From: Candidatus Micrarchaeia archaeon
Lineage (GTDB): Archaea > Micrarchaeota > Micrarchaeia > Burarchaeales > Fermentimicrarchaeaceae
NCBI GenBank assembly: GCA_038871515.1
Contig: JAVZHX010000003.1
Location: 1-64,000 of the forward strand
Length of the DNA stretch: 64,000 bases
Direction: 5' to 3'
In this document: positions 27,116 through 38,216 of the stretch, in pieces
How positions within the stretch are numbered: position 1 is the stretch's first letter
How the letters are laid out: each line of letters opens with the position of its first letter
Notes under the pieces: generated by a model
Told to the model about the DNA's origin: nothing
Database searches by the model: none
Seen by the model: only the letters and a program-made list of their open reading frames with translations
Program-made: the position numbers and the translations under genes

Positions 27116-29137
27116 CTAGTGGCATTCCTCACAGCGATGTGCTGGGTGCCCTGCAGTTGCTTTGGGTTCGTACTTCCTCAAAGTTTGGGCATTCAACGCA
27201 ACGATGACTGTGCTCAGAGACATGAGCAATGCCCCCACCGCAGGGCTTAAGGTTATTCCGTAATTGTAGAGAACACCTGCTGCAAGCGGAATTGCAACTA
27301 TATTGTAACCAGCAGCCCACCACAGATTCTGCAACATTTTTGAGTAGGTTTTTCTTGATACTTCTATCACTTTTATCACATCTCTTGGGTCATTCTTCAC
27401 AAGTATTATGTCCGCGCTCTCTATTGCTACATCAGTGCCGGCTCCTATGGCTATTCCAACGTCAGAAGCCGCTAGGGCAGGAGCATCATTCACTCCATCC
27501 CCAACCATAGCAACCCTGCGTCCTTCTCTTCTAAGCGCATTTATCTTTTCAACCTTCTCCTCTGGCAGCATTTCAGAGAAGTACTCATCCACCTCAATCT
27601 CTTCCGCAACCCCTTTTGCAACTCCTTCCGAATCTCCAGTAAGCATATATACCTTAATCCCCATCCACTTGAGTTTACTCACTGCTTCGTGCGATTCATC
27701 TCTTACCTTATCTGCAAGAGTGAAAGCGCCTATCAATTTCCCATCAACAAGCGTGAAGACAACTGTTCTCCCTTTCTCCTGAATTTTCTTCGTTTTTGCA
27801 TCGTCCAACTCTATTCCCATTTCTTTCAGCAAAGCAGGCCCTCCCACGTACACCTCCCTGCCACCAACTCTGCCATACACTCCCTTTCCTGCCAGTGCTT
27901 TGAACTCTTTCGCGCTTGTGAATTTTATGTTTTTTCTCCTCGCGTATTCCGTTATTGCCTTTCCAATAATGTGCTCTGAGTTCATTTCAACTGCAGCTGT
28001 GAGTTTCAACAACTCCTTCTCCGAGACGAAGTGGATTACGTTCGTTACGCCGTAGCTTCCAGTTGTCAGCGTGCCTGTCTTGTCAAAAATTACCACATCA
28101 ACATCCTTCACCATCTCAAAAGCTTTTCTATTTCTTATGAGAATGCCACTTCTCGCTGTTAGCGAGGTGGAGAGAGCAACCACTACTGGTATCGCCAAGC
28201 CAAGCGCATGCGGGCATGCTATTACAAGGACTGTTACCGACCTCTCCAGCGCAGTATCGGCTTTCCCAAGCAGGAACCACGCTAGATATGTGATTATTCC
28301 AACAATGATTGCAATATAGAAGAGCAACCCAGCAGCCCTGTTCGCCAAATCCTGTGTCCTGCTTCTGCTCTCCTGAGCCTGTTTCACAAGCTTTATAACC
28401 TGCGAGATGTATGTCTCCTCACCAACTTTCTCAATTCTCACCTTGAGCATTCCCATGCCATTTATGGAAGCGCCGACAACTTTGCTCCCTGGAATTTTGT
28501 GAATTGGCTTTGATTCTCCTGTGAGCAGGGATTCGTTGACAAAAGATTCCCCTTCAACAACCACTCCGTCTGAGGGAATTTTCTCACCTGGGCGAATCAG
28601 GACAACATTTCCAGGTTGCAGCTCGGAAACAGAAACATCAAAGATGCCCTCTTTTTTTACAAGATGCGCTGTTTTCGGCATTATTTTCACAAGCTCCTCC
28701 AATGCTCTGGAGGCTCCGAGAACGCTCCTCGCCTCTACCCAATGCCCAAGAAGCATCACGTCTATCAGTGTGGCAAGCTCCCAGAAGAATTCCTTACCTC
28801 CAAGAAAAATTGTTCCAGAGGAGTAGAAGAAAGCAACTGAGGTTGCAGTTGCAATGAGCGTCATTATACCCGGCTCCTTTTTTCTCAACTCCTCAGAAGC
28901 ACCTTTGAGAAATAGCCAGCCACCGTAGAGGTATATTGCTGCAGAGAGAAGAAGAAGGATGATGCTCTGGAAGGGAATGGATATGCTGAACCCAAACCAT
29001 TCCTGAATCATCTCTGAAAGGAGCAGAATTGGTATAGTGAGAGCAAGGGAAACCCAGAATCGTTTTCTGAATTCCTCCATGTGGGAGGAATGCTCGTGAG
29101 AGAAGTGTTTCTCCTCGTGATGATGGTGTTCGTGCAT
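27116..29137 (-). CDS. copB: Copper-translocating P1B-type ATPase (CopB-like)
   Basis: His-rich N-terminus, CPHALGL, DKTGT, SEH, YN, MSLST. Confidence 0.9.
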   Translation of the reverse strand: MHEHHHHEEKHFSHEHSSHMEEFRKRFWVSLALTIPILLLSEMIQEWFGFSISIPFQSIILLLLSAAIYLYGGWLFLKGASEELRKKEPGIMTLIATATSVAFFYSSGTIFLGGKEFFWELATLIDVMLLGHWVEARSVLGASRALEELVKIMPKTAHLVKKEGIFDVSVSELQPGNVVLIRPGEKIPSDGVVVEGESFVNESLLTGESKPIHKIPGSKVVGASINGMGMLKVRIEKVGEETYISQVIKLVKQAQESRSRTQDLANRAAGLLFYIAIIVGIITYLAWFLLGKADTALERSVTVLVIACPHALGLAIPVVVALSTSLTARSGILIRNRKAFEMVKDVDVVIFDKTGTLTTGSYGVTNVIHFVSEKELLKLTAAVEMNSEHIIGKAITEYARRKNIKFTSAKEFKALAGKGVYGRVGGREVYVGGPALLKEMGIELDDAKTKKIQEKGRTVVFTLVDGKLIGAFTLADKVRDESHEAVSKLKWMGIKVYMLTGDSEGVAKGVAEEIEVDEYFSEMLPEEKVEKINALRREGRRVAMVGDGVNDAPALAASDVGIAIGAGTDVAIESADIILVKNDPRDVIKVIEVSRKTYSKMLQNLWWAAGYNIVAIPLAAGVLYNYGITLSPAVGALLMSLSTVIVALNAQTLRKYEPKATAGHPAHRCEECH

Positions 29138-29232
29138 ACTTCAGATTTTAACGCTGATATTTTTAATTGTGCTATCGTTGCATAAGTTTTAAAAGAATGC
29201 ATGAGAATTAGATATGGGGTGAAATCACGCGG

Positions 29233-31659
29233 ATGAAGCTTTGCTTCATTCTTCTATTTTTGCTTCTTTCTCCCTATGTAACAGGCTCTGCTGTTGGAGC
29301 GCCAGTTATCTGCTCCTATCAGGGGCCGGATACGTTTGGCTCATTGAGGATGAGCAACTTTGCAGTGGTGGGTGGTTCAACTCAGAATGGAAGCACAGTT
29401 GGAGTTTCCTATACACTTCAGAACGTTGACCCACAGCAGCGCACGATTGTTTTCAGCCAGAGCAAGGGAATGTATGTTGGTGCTTTGACTCCATCTGGTG
29501 CAAAGGAGTTCAACTATTCCAACAGGGGAACGCCGCTCCCCCCGGGAAGCAGCATAACTTTCAGCGCGCAGATAATTCTTAATGAAACAGGCAGCTGGAA
29601 GCTTTGGCCTGCGTTCTGTTACACAGTTGGCTCAACCTCAAACTGCTCCCCCTCCCAGTGGCATGCGTGCTCTTTCTCTGTTTATGGAGTTGAAGCGGAC
29701 TCAGATAATGATGGGGTTCCTGATTCACAGGATAACTGTCCAAACAAATCAAACTTTGACCAGTTGGATTCAGACCAGGACGGAGTTGGGGATGCGTGTG
29801 ATAACTGCAGGTATGTTCCAAACCCAAATCAATCTGATACTGATAAAGATGGAATAGGGGATGCGTGCGACAAGGAGAAAGGAAAGGGGCCTGCTGCTAT
29901 AAATTTAACAACTGAACCAGAGAATTATTCAAAAGGCGATAGAGTAAAATTCATAGCAACTGCCACAGACCCGGATGGAATATCTTTTATAGCGATATTC
30001 ATTGGAGGGCAGATGGTGAAGCAGTGCTTGTTCTCTCCATGCATAATGGAAACAGATGCTCCCTCAAGCAACGTTGATTTTGGAGCTGCTGTTATAGATG
30101 AGTTTGGAGGGGTTACAAGCAGCGGTAGAACAGGGGTTCCTGGAGTGGATTTGCCTTCCGCATGCCACGACAGCGATGGAGGGGATAAACCATTCATGAG
30201 GGGAGTTGTTTCAAATGAATCAGCGGAGATAAACTCAGATACCCGCACCATAACACTTGCGCCTCAGTATTTTGATACTTGTTTGAATTCAACAGCTATT
30301 GTTGAGTATTACTGCGATGGCAATGTTGTGAGAAACACAACCCACGCCTGTGGGAGATGCGTTGAAAGCCCGCGCATGCTTGCTGAGGGTGGAACTCCAG
30401 TTCGCGTTTTGGGTGACTTCTGCGCTTGCGAGGATTCGGATGAAGGGAAGAATCAGTTTGTGAGAGGAGTTGTGACTGGTTTGCTGCAGGATTACTGTGA
30501 TGAGAGTCGCACGGGATGGGTGATTGAATATTACTGCAATGATGAGGGGGAAGTTGCAAACGCATCTAAATACTGCGAGTATGGGTGCAGTGAGGGAAGG
30601 TGCTTGTGCGATGACAGCGATGGAGGAAGAAAGTACATGGTGAACGGGACAGTTTCAAACGGCAGTGCGGATGTTTGCATGACAGGCGTGATAGAGAGTG
30701 GACCATCGGGTACAACTTGGGGGCTTATAATACTTAACGAGTATTACGTGGAGATTACAAGGGGTTTGGATGGGGAGTGGTTCAACTGCAGTATAAAGAA
30801 TGAAACAGTAAGGTGCGAAGGGCGGTGTAAGGATGGAGCCTGTCTCCCTCCAACCTGCAATGACTCCCTGCAAAATCAGGGGGAGGAGAAAGTTGACTGC
30901 GGTGGTCCTTGCGAGCCCTGCCCAACATGTTTTGATAATAAAAGAAATGGCGGTGAGGTTGGAGTTGACTGCGGTGGTCCTTGCGAAAGGGAGTGCCCAC
31001 CATGCATTCCTTTAATTAAAAACAGGGAGCCCGACAGGGCAATTGATGTTGTCTTCATCCCAACTCAGGAGTATAAAAATGATTGGGAGTTTGCAAGAGA
31101 TGCTGAATACATGATAAGGAATGGTTACTTTGCAGAACCAACGATAAATAGAAGCAGAGAATATATGAATTTTTATTATATTCCTGTAAAAAATCATGGG
31201 AGTATTGATGTTGTAACCGGAAAGTGCCTTTGGAATACTCCTCCTGACTGGCAGAGCATATGCCCGCAGGCAGATGGTGGGGTGATTGTTCATAAAGTGG
31301 GCTGCAGGGATTACGCGTGTGGAAATGTTTTTTCAACGGAAAACACAAGTTTGGTAGCATTAATCCATGAGAGCGGACATGGTCTGTTTGGGCTTGCGGA
31401 TGAGTATTGTTGCGACTCATGTTACTGGCAACCAGATCCCTATCCAAACATCTACTCAAACCTCACAAACTGCCAAGAGGATTCAAGAAGGGAGGGGTGG
31501 GATGAGAGGTTATGCTGGAACTTCTGCCCTGCGGGAATGGTGAACTGTGGGAATGGTTTTTGGACACATAATGCAACTGGAGTGATGGATTGCAGTGCTC
31601 CATGGTATAACATTTACCAGATTAGGAGGGTGGAGTGGGTGTTCAGCAATTATAGGTGA
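29233..31659 (+). CDS. Secreted modular protein with thrombospondin type-3 repeats, Cys-rich repeats and a C-terminal M64-like metallopeptidase domain
   Basis: [19 protein letters not shown] repeats, three CxDSDxG repeats, two DCGGPC repeats (identical 24 nt at 30891-914 and 30963-986), [14 protein letters not shown]. Confidence 0.8.
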   Translation: MKLCFILLFLLLSPYVTGSAVGAPVICSYQGPDTFGSLRMSNFAVVGGSTQNGSTVGVSYTLQNVDPQQRTIVFSQSKGMYVGALTPSGAKEFNYSNRGTPLPPGSSITFSAQIILNETGSWKLWPAFCYTVGSTSNCSPSQWHACSFSVYGVEADSDNDGVPDSQDNCPNKSNFDQLDSDQDGVGDACDNCRYVPNPNQSDTDKDGIGDACDKEKGKGPAAINLTTEPENYSKGDRVKFIATATDPDGISFIAIFIGGQMVKQCLFSPCIMETDAPSSNVDFGAAVIDEFGGVTSSGRTGVPGVDLPSACHDSDGGDKPFMRGVVSNESAEINSDTRTITLAPQYFDTCLNSTAIVEYYCDGNVVRNTTHACGRCVESPRMLAEGGTPVRVLGDFCACEDSDEGKNQFVRGVVTGLLQDYCDESRTGWVIEYYCNDEGEVANASKYCEYGCSEGRCLCDDSDGGRKYMVNGTVSNGSADVCMTGVIESGPSGTTWGLIILNEYYVEITRGLDGEWFNCSIKNETVRCEGRCKDGACLPPTCNDSLQNQGEEKVDCGGPCEPCPTCFDNKRNGGEVGVDCGGPCERECPPCIPLIKNREPDRAIDVVFIPTQEYKNDWEFARDAEYMIRNGYFAEPTINRSREYMNFYYIPVKNHGSIDVVTGKCLWNTPPDWQSICPQADGGVIVHKVGCRDYACGNVFSTENTSLVALIHESGHGLFGLADEYCCDSCYWQPDPYPNIYSNLTNCQEDSRREGWDERLCWNFCPAGMVNCGNGFWTHNATGVMDCSAPWYNIYQIRRVEWVFSNYR

Positions 31660-32231
31660 TAATAATGAAAAAAGCTGCATTCATCATTCTTCTCCTGCTT
31701 GTTCTGCCAGTTTATGCAAGCGAAAATCCAAAAGCATTTGTAGTGAAAATAAACATAAAAAACAACAGTTTCACGGTGCTTGAGAGAAAAGTGGTTTATG
31801 GATATGCGCCGGAGCATTTTGTTCAGTGGAAGGATTTTAGGGTGAAATTGCTTTCTCAGAGTGGGGTGGTTGACCAGTATGGAGTGATGGATCCAAGGAT
31901 ACAGTTCTATGAGGGTTCAGATGGAAATCCAGAGGGGTTTGAAGCAAGATTTGTTGATGAGGCAAATCTCACATTAGTTTTTCCATTCAACGCAACGCTC
32001 AGCGGAGTGAGCGTTCATAACTACACAAGTGGTGAGGAGCTTGTGAAAGCTGATTTGAAGGATGTGATTGAAAGTTTCTGCTCCCAAAATCGGAATGATT
32101 CTGACTGCGCGGGTGTTGTGAAGGAGCCAGCTGACACCCCACCCGTATCACCTGATTTCACTCCACTGATAGGTTTAATTGTGATTGTTGTGTTACTGGC
32201 ATTGGGAATTTGGCAGCTTAAGCGAAAGTAA
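31656..32231 (+). CDS. Secreted protein with C-terminal membrane anchor
   Basis: Signal peptide, Pro-rich linker, TM helix plus KRK tail; overlaps the peptidase stop codon. Confidence 0.75.
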   Translation: MIIMKKAAFIILLLLVLPVYASENPKAFVVKINIKNNSFTVLERKVVYGYAPEHFVQWKDFRVKLLSQSGVVDQYGVMDPRIQFYEGSDGNPEGFEARFVDEANLTLVFPFNATLSGVSVHNYTSGEELVKADLKDVIESFCSQNRNDSDCAGVVKEPADTPPVSPDFTPLIGLIVIVVLLALGIWQLKRK

Positions 32232-32233
32232 CA

Positions 32234-32920
32234 TCAGTGTAGTTTTTTCTGAACTGCCTCGGTTGTAAGTTCCTTTAATGCATCATTTGCAATCCATCTT
32301 GCGCTCTTTGAATCAATCCTTTGAATTTCTTTTGCAACTTCAACTGCTGCTTTATTCAAATTCACATTGCGTTTGCCAATCTGTCTCAAAGCCCAGTTAA
32401 CTGCTTTTCTCACAAAGTTCCTGTCGTCAAGGGCTTCCTTCTTTATTATGGGGAGGAATTTCAGAAACTCCTCATCCTTTGCATTCTTGTCATGGACAGA
32501 TAATGTAGCCATTAGGACGAAGCCTGCTCTTTTTACGAATTCTTCCTCTCTTCTGCTCCATTCAACTGCCTTCTGGTATGCGTATTTTGTTTTATCAAAC
32601 AGATTGCTACAGCACTGGTCGCACACATCCCAGGAGTCAAACTCATAAACCCATTTCTCCATCTGTTTTTCTGTGACGCTTGCTGGCTCATCAATAAGAC
32701 ATGCAAGTATCCTGGCTTCATGCACTCCTGATTCCCAGAGCTGCTGAGCTAGAAGATGGTTCTTGCCAACCTCCTTTGCTATCTCTCTTAGGTTTGGTAT
32801 GGATACGCCGTAAGTATTATGAGGGTTTATTCCAAAACGAGCCATTCCATCTACTGCTTTTGGGTTTGAGAGCGATTTCAGTTTCTTGAGAATTTGGTTG
32901 CAGGTTGCTGTCAATGACAC
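32234..32920 (-). CDS. alkD: DNA alkylation repair protein (AlkD-like)
   Basis: YGVSIPNLR, FDSWDVCDQ, DDRNFVRKAVNWALRQIGKR; start approximate. Confidence 0.85.
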   Translation of the reverse strand: MSLTATCNQILKKLKSLSNPKAVDGMARFGINPHNTYGVSIPNLREIAKEVGKNHLLAQQLWESGVHEARILACLIDEPASVTEKQMEKWVYEFDSWDVCDQCCSNLFDKTKYAYQKAVEWSRREEEFVKRAGFVLMATLSVHDKNAKDEEFLKFLPIIKKEALDDRNFVRKAVNWALRQIGKRNVNLNKAAVEVAKEIQRIDSKSARWIANDALKELTTEAVQKKLH

Positions 32921-32948
32921 ACCTTCCTCAAGGTTAGGTGGCGATGAA

Positions 32949-35087
32949 TCAACCGGAATACCTTGTGAGCTCAAAATTAACTTTCATGTTTCCTCTTGAA
33001 AGGAAAGGAGCCGTTATTGTTTTGTTTGTAATAACCCATGGATACTCTATTCTGTCAGCGTAGGTTGTTGCCATTGTTGTGGGAGGCATGTCAAAGTCAG
33101 AGTATAGATAAACAAAGCTCAAAGTTCCTAGATTATCATGGTCATCCCCTATATCTGGGTTGTCCTCATCCCAAGCATCCACTTCAAGGAAGATGAATGG
33201 TCCATTGCTCTCAAAAGACATAATTGGGTTGGTTATGCATTCGCCTCTCTCATTAGGGGTGCATGAACCGCTGACGATTTTTGCATTATCTCCCAAACTC
33301 CATGTTCCTCCCTCTGGAAATCTGTAAACAACTCCCGAAAGATCCTTCTCTCCAAAGTTGGTTGATGCTCTCATCCAAAGCCATACTTCACCATCAAAGT
33401 AATCCCCAGTGTCTGAGATAGTTACGTTGTGCACTTTCACAGACAATTTTGAGTTTCTTGGAACAAGGACTTTTTTTATTGAGTACTTCACAGTCATTCC
33501 ACCTCCCCTTACAGAATACTGCTCATCCCTCACTCCCCAGCTGTTGTTCTTATCGTATATCCTTGTGAATGCTCCTATCTGTTCATTCCCAGTTATCGCA
33601 TCAAGGAACGCGGTGTTAACTTTCAGTTCCAGCTCAAGCTCAGCATCAGAAACAAGCTTGTCAGCTGTGTTCACAAGCGTTTCTCCAATTGAGGTGAGTA
33701 TATTGAGTGGCGCTGTTGCAACAGCAAGAAATCCATCAAGCCAACCAGGAAGCTCATCGTTGTCAACTGCCCTTATTGAGATGGCAAGCCTGTCTCCCAT
33801 CTCACTTTCTTTAACTGCAAAAACAGGTATGCGCTTCTGTATCTTTCCTCCGCTGTCAACTGAATACCAGATTCTGTAAGGCCAGTTCACCTTCTGAACT
33901 CTGTCTCCGCTTCCTGCGAAGGTGAACAGCATGAGCTCTCCAGCTCCAGCCGGGTCAGTATCGTCATGAACAGTTATCTCATCAATCACAACAACTATGT
34001 AGGAAACTGGTGGAAGCATAACCTGAACGCTTGGAGGGACGTAGGTGATGTTTGAGCATACGTTGTTGCTGCATACCTGTCCTGCAGGGCACCCACAATC
34101 CTTGCAGCAGTTTGATGAGTTTTCAACTCCCGGCTTGCAGTATTTGTTGCCACATACTTCCATTGCTGAGAAGTTTGAAACATAGATAAATCTTGCACAG
34201 CTACCGTTGTAAAGAATCTCTCCAGCAGGGCAGCCGCAGTCAGCTGGGCAGTTTGATGAGTTTTCAGTGATGTAGCAGAAACCATCCCCGCAGCGGGGTG
34301 TGGGGAGGGAAACAGTTATTGTTAAATTAGGAGTTGATGTAACCCCTTCTCTCTCATCGCATACTCCGTTGTAGTTCTCATCTATGCAGCAAGCGCTCCC
34401 AAAAAGGATGTAGGGAGGCGAACAGGAAGGGGTTTCGTTTCTCATTTCCGTTTCATTAGATGGAGTTTCAGTTTCGCATACTATATTGCTGAGGACGAAG
34501 TTTTTTAGGTCAGCAGCGCTCATCTGGCCACAGATTGATTTGTTTGTTTTTATGTTTATGAAAGCAGGAACCCCCAACACTCCGCAGTCACGCGTTATGT
34601 AATCCTTGTATTTCATCAACTCATTGTTATTTGTTCTGTTATACCATACCTCAAGCTTTCTGAAAACAACACCTGTTTCATTCTCAACAGCAGAAACAAC
34701 AGGAACCATGGCTGTGCAATGGGGGCATCCCTCTCCGTAAAATTCAACAAACTCTCCCTCTGAAACACAAGGCTGGTAGGGTGTGAAGTTTGAAGTTTTT
34801 TCTTCTTCATCGCAGATTGAATTTCCGTTTGCATCCAAGCAACAGTTTCCATTAATAATTCTGTACGGTGGGTTGCATGTTGATTGATTTGAAGGAGTTT
34901 CGTTTGAAGGAACACTTATGTTTTTTTCAGGTTGCTCATCTGAATCGCATATTGAATTTTTATCTGCATCCAAGCAGCACCCAATACCAACTTTGATGTA
35001 CGGCGGGTTGCAGGTGACCTCCTCCTTCTGCGTGCAACCGGCAAGAAGCAGAAGAAGCAATAAAATTGGTATTAACCTCATTTTCAC
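32949..35087 (-). CDS. Large lipoprotein with Cys-rich repeats and a thioredoxin-like domain
   Basis: LLAGC lipobox; three CxPPY...CCxDxxxNxxCD repeats; EFYGEGCPHC; two CG...ENSSNCxxDCGC repeats. Confidence 0.78.
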   Translation of the reverse strand: MKMRLIPILLLLLLLAGCTQKEEVTCNPPYIKVGIGCCLDADKNSICDSDEQPEKNISVPSNETPSNQSTCNPPYRIINGNCCLDANGNSICDEEEKTSNFTPYQPCVSEGEFVEFYGEGCPHCTAMVPVVSAVENETGVVFRKLEVWYNRTNNNELMKYKDYITRDCGVLGVPAFINIKTNKSICGQMSAADLKNFVLSNIVCETETPSNETEMRNETPSCSPPYILFGSACCIDENYNGVCDEREGVTSTPNLTITVSLPTPRCGDGFCYITENSSNCPADCGCPAGEILYNGSCARFIYVSNFSAMEVCGNKYCKPGVENSSNCCKDCGCPAGQVCSNNVCSNITYVPPSVQVMLPPVSYIVVVIDEITVHDDTDPAGAGELMLFTFAGSGDRVQKVNWPYRIWYSVDSGGKIQKRIPVFAVKESEMGDRLAISIRAVDNDELPGWLDGFLAVATAPLNILTSIGETLVNTADKLVSDAELELELKVNTAFLDAITGNEQIGAFTRIYDKNNSWGVRDEQYSVRGGGMTVKYSIKKVLVPRNSKLSVKVHNVTISDTGDYFDGEVWLWMRASTNFGEKDLSGVVYRFPEGGTWSLGDNAKIVSGSCTPNERGECITNPIMSFESNGPFIFLEVDAWDEDNPDIGDDHDNLGTLSFVYLYSDFDMPPTTMATTYADRIEYPWVITNKTITAPFLSRGNMKVNFELTRYSG

Positions 35088-35102
35088 CCCCCAAGAGATT
35101 TC

Positions 35103-35864
35103 TCATGCTGATTTAAAATGGTTACGTAGTAAGGAGGAGAATTCCAGCGCATTCTCATAGCAAGCGGAGTTATTGAACATCACCCAAAACTCCTTAACTT
35201 TCTTTTTCTCAGCAAGCTGAATGCATGTTTCTTTAACTTTATTCAACTCATCTTTGCTGAAGCTGTAACCATACATGCTTGGCCAGCCAAACCCATGCAA
35301 CCTGAAGTAGGCAACTCCCCTTCCAAAGTATTGTGGTTGGTTGCGGAGAGGGTCAACAACGTTTATAACATCGAGCTCCTTGCAAGTTTTTTCAACAACC
35401 TCATCATTCCCCCACCACTTTCCCCTTGGCTCCCATGCAAGCAGAAGCTTTCCTCTTTTTATATTGGTGAAAAAGTGATGAAGACGTTCAATGTTTATTT
35501 TGCTTGGTGAGAAGCTTGCGGGCGATTGAAAAACTAGAATGGGTGCGTGGAGCGCTTCGCATACCTGTTTCATAACCTCAAACTCCTGAACTGATTTTCC
35601 GCCAAACCTGTGAACATGGGTGATTCCCTGAAATGCTTTTACAGTGAATACAAAATTTTTATTCACCTCCCTTGCCTCCTCCCTCCACCTCTCAGCAGTT
35701 TCCACTTTTGGAATTCTGTAGAATGAGCTGTTTATTTCAACACAGGAGAACTTGGATGCGTATGCTTGAAGCACGCTTTTGAATTTTCCCTTCCAACCTT
35801 CCCCAAAGTAGTCCGAAGGCCTGAAGTAGCTGTAGCCGCAGTTCCCTATGTGAAAAATGCGCAT
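35103..35864 (-). CDS. DUF72 family protein
   Basis: VEINSSFYRIP, FTVKAFQGITH, WEPRG, YFRLHG, MFNN. Confidence 0.88.
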   Translation of the reverse strand: MRIFHIGNCGYSYFRPSDYFGEGWKGKFKSVLQAYASKFSCVEINSSFYRIPKVETAERWREEAREVNKNFVFTVKAFQGITHVHRFGGKSVQEFEVMKQVCEALHAPILVFQSPASFSPSKINIERLHHFFTNIKRGKLLLAWEPRGKWWGNDEVVEKTCKELDVINVVDPLRNQPQYFGRGVAYFRLHGFGWPSMYGYSFSKDELNKVKETCIQLAEKKKVKEFWVMFNNSACYENALEFSSLLRNHFKSA

Positions 35865-35878
35865 ATTATTTATTAAGT

Positions 35879-37249
35879 TTATAAATAATCTAATAGCTCT
35901 GACATATTCTTCTTATCTATAACAACTGTTGCAGCTTCCCTCACTTTTTCAGGTGCATTAAACGCAACCCCCATTCCAACTGCCTTCATTGCATGCGCAT
36001 CGCTCAAATCATCCCCAACAAGTACGCAGTTTCTGAGAGGAATGTTGAAAAGCTTTGAAAGGTGTCTAACTCCTTCTAACTTGCATACCGAATAACCGCA
36101 GTTCTCCTCGCAGATGAAATTCGGTGTTTTGAGTTTTCCTGTTATTTTATTATTTCTTATCTCAAGCTTATTCGCCAGCACGTAATCCGCACCTATTCTC
36201 CCACCCACAGCTTCACACACCTCCTCGTAGCTGTTGCTTAAAATTGTTATCACATAGCCTCTTCTCTTCAGCTCTCTAACCACCTTCTCCACTCCTCTGT
36301 TCAGTGGAATTTGGGAAGCAATTTCTATTAGCTCTGAACTGTCCATTCCCTTCAGAAGTTTTGCAATTTTCCTGCTTGCTTCCTCCTCAGGTATTTTTCC
36401 CTTTTCAACCTGTTTATTGATTTTTGAAATTCTCCCCTCCCATCCCTTAGCTTTCGCAAGTTTCATTATGAACCTTCCATTAAGGAGAGTTCCATCCATA
36501 TCAAATATCGCCATTCTCCTCTCTTCCACCGCAGGAAGATGCAGCATGGTGAAAGCGCTTTTCAGTAAATGGGTAAGGTTCCTAAAAAACCACCACCTGC
36601 GTTTTACTCCGTGGCGTATTATCACCTGTGCAACCTCCCTTGACATAACTGCTAAATCGCTTGTCGGCCTCATCTTGTGCTCCTTATACCCCAGGTTAAC
36701 CTCTTTTATTCTTGCTTTCAGCAGAAAAGCATTAAGTAATATTCCGATATCTATCCCCCACCCATCCTCAAACTCCATTTTGAGAAAAAGCTCCTTTTTT
36801 CCAGCAATCTCTCCACTGAGTGGCTGTTTAAGCCGCAGCTCAGGGAAGAACATCTCAAGTAAAGGCTTTGCAGTTATCTCGGTAACTCTCCCCGCTTTCC
36901 TCTCGTAATATCCTTTCACAAAATCCGCTTCATTACGAATTATGGGCTCGGCAAGCTTCTCTATAAAACTAGCTTTGAAATTCGCAATATCTGCATCAGT
37001 GAAAACCAGTATGTCTTCTTTGGAGTTCACCACCCCGTCCCACATCGCAATTCCTTTTCCTGGAAATTTCTTCCTGCTTTGCATAATAACTCTCGCACCT
37101 GCTTCCTCTGCTTTTTTAACTGTGTCATCCTTTGAGCCACCGTCAACTACTAAAACTTCTCCAACAAACCTGCACTTCTTTGCCTCCCTTACTACCCTCG
37201 CTATATTTCTCTCTTCATTTAATGTGGGTATTACCACGCTTACCTTCAC
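35879..37249 (-). CDS. gpgS: Glucosyl-3-phosphoglycerate synthase-like GT2 fused to a SerB-like HAD phosphatase
   Basis: GKGIAMW, DAD, GRVTEITAKPLL, QPLSGE; then FDMDGTL, K, GDDLSD. Confidence 0.78.
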   Translation of the reverse strand: MKVSVVIPTLNEERNIARVVREAKKCRFVGEVLVVDGGSKDDTVKKAEEAGARVIMQSRKKFPGKGIAMWDGVVNSKEDILVFTDADIANFKASFIEKLAEPIIRNEADFVKGYYERKAGRVTEITAKPLLEMFFPELRLKQPLSGEIAGKKELFLKMEFEDGWGIDIGILLNAFLLKARIKEVNLGYKEHKMRPTSDLAVMSREVAQVIIRHGVKRRWWFFRNLTHLLKSAFTMLHLPAVEERRMAIFDMDGTLLNGRFIMKLAKAKGWEGRISKINKQVEKGKIPEEEASRKIAKLLKGMDSSELIEIASQIPLNRGVEKVVRELKRRGYVITILSNSYEEVCEAVGGRIGADYVLANKLEIRNNKITGKLKTPNFICEENCGYSVCKLEGVRHLSKLFNIPLRNCVLVGDDLSDAHAMKAVGMGVAFNAPEKVREAATVVIDKKNMSELLDYL

Positions 37250-37305
37250 ATGCTCACCAGTGATAGTTATTTATAAGGAGCTTATAAAATAGGTTTGGTG
37301 CGGAT

Positions 37306-38139
37306 ATGACAACTGGAATAACCATAAGCAGCATCATAACTGGTGTTATTGAGTATTCAATACTTACAGGTAAAATACTCCTTGTTGCAATTATTGGCTG
37401 GGTATTCGGGATCCTTGTTGAGAGAGCTGTGAAGGAAACTCTGAAGCACTTGATAAGACTGAGAAGAGAAAAGAGCATAGAGTATTCAACTGTTGAAACA
37501 ACTGTTGAGTTTGGCGTTGCAGAGATAGTTGCAAGGTTGATAAAATACGCGATATATTTGGGAGTGATAATAGTAATTTCTGATATTGCAAGCATAACGA
37601 TAGTCAGAGATATGTTGCTTATAATTTGGAATTATCTCCCTAATGTTATTGCTGCGCTGCTGGTGCTTGTGCTTGGTGTGATGGTTGCACAGCTGGCTGG
37701 CGGAATAGTGAAGCTTTCAGCTAAAACTTCTGGTTTGGATGACTTATTTAAGGAAGTGGGAAGCACTTTCCTGCCCTCCTCACTCATCTCGCTGTTTTTC
37801 AAGTATTTCATATACCTTGTTTCCATTACTATTGCATTAACTCAGCTTGGTTTTCAAACACTGTTGCTCACTGCAATGGTGGGGATTTTTGCATCAGTTG
37901 TCACAATATTTGTGTTCCTGGTTCTTTTCTTTGGAATTAAGGAGATGATACCGGATATTTTTGCAGGAATTTTCATGAGAAGCTCCGGTTTTGTCAAGCT
38001 TGGGGAGAGAGTAAAGGTTGACGATGCGGAGGGAAAAGTGATAAGGATTGGTTTGGTAACCACAACGATAAAAAGCGGAAAGCACACGGCAAAGGTGCAG
38101 AACTCAAAAGTTATAAAGGGAGTGCGGATAAATCAGTAA
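37306..38139 (+). CDS. MscS-family mechanosensitive channel
   Basis: Repeated TM helices (YLPNVIAALLVL), C-terminal GERVKV..EGKVIRIGLVTT..VQNS. Confidence 0.8.
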   Translation: MTTGITISSIITGVIEYSILTGKILLVAIIGWVFGILVERAVKETLKHLIRLRREKSIEYSTVETTVEFGVAEIVARLIKYAIYLGVIIVISDIASITIVRDMLLIIWNYLPNVIAALLVLVLGVMVAQLAGGIVKLSAKTSGLDDLFKEVGSTFLPSSLISLFFKYFIYLVSITIALTQLGFQTLLLTAMVGIFASVVTIFVFLVLFFGIKEMIPDIFAGIFMRSSGFVKLGERVKVDDAEGKVIRIGLVTTTIKSGKHTAKVQNSKVIKGVRINQ

Positions 38140-38216
38140 TAATTATAAGTTTCGCATCCCACTGCACAATCTTATTTAAACCTTTGATTTTATTATATAC
38201 TCAAAATGGTGGTGAT

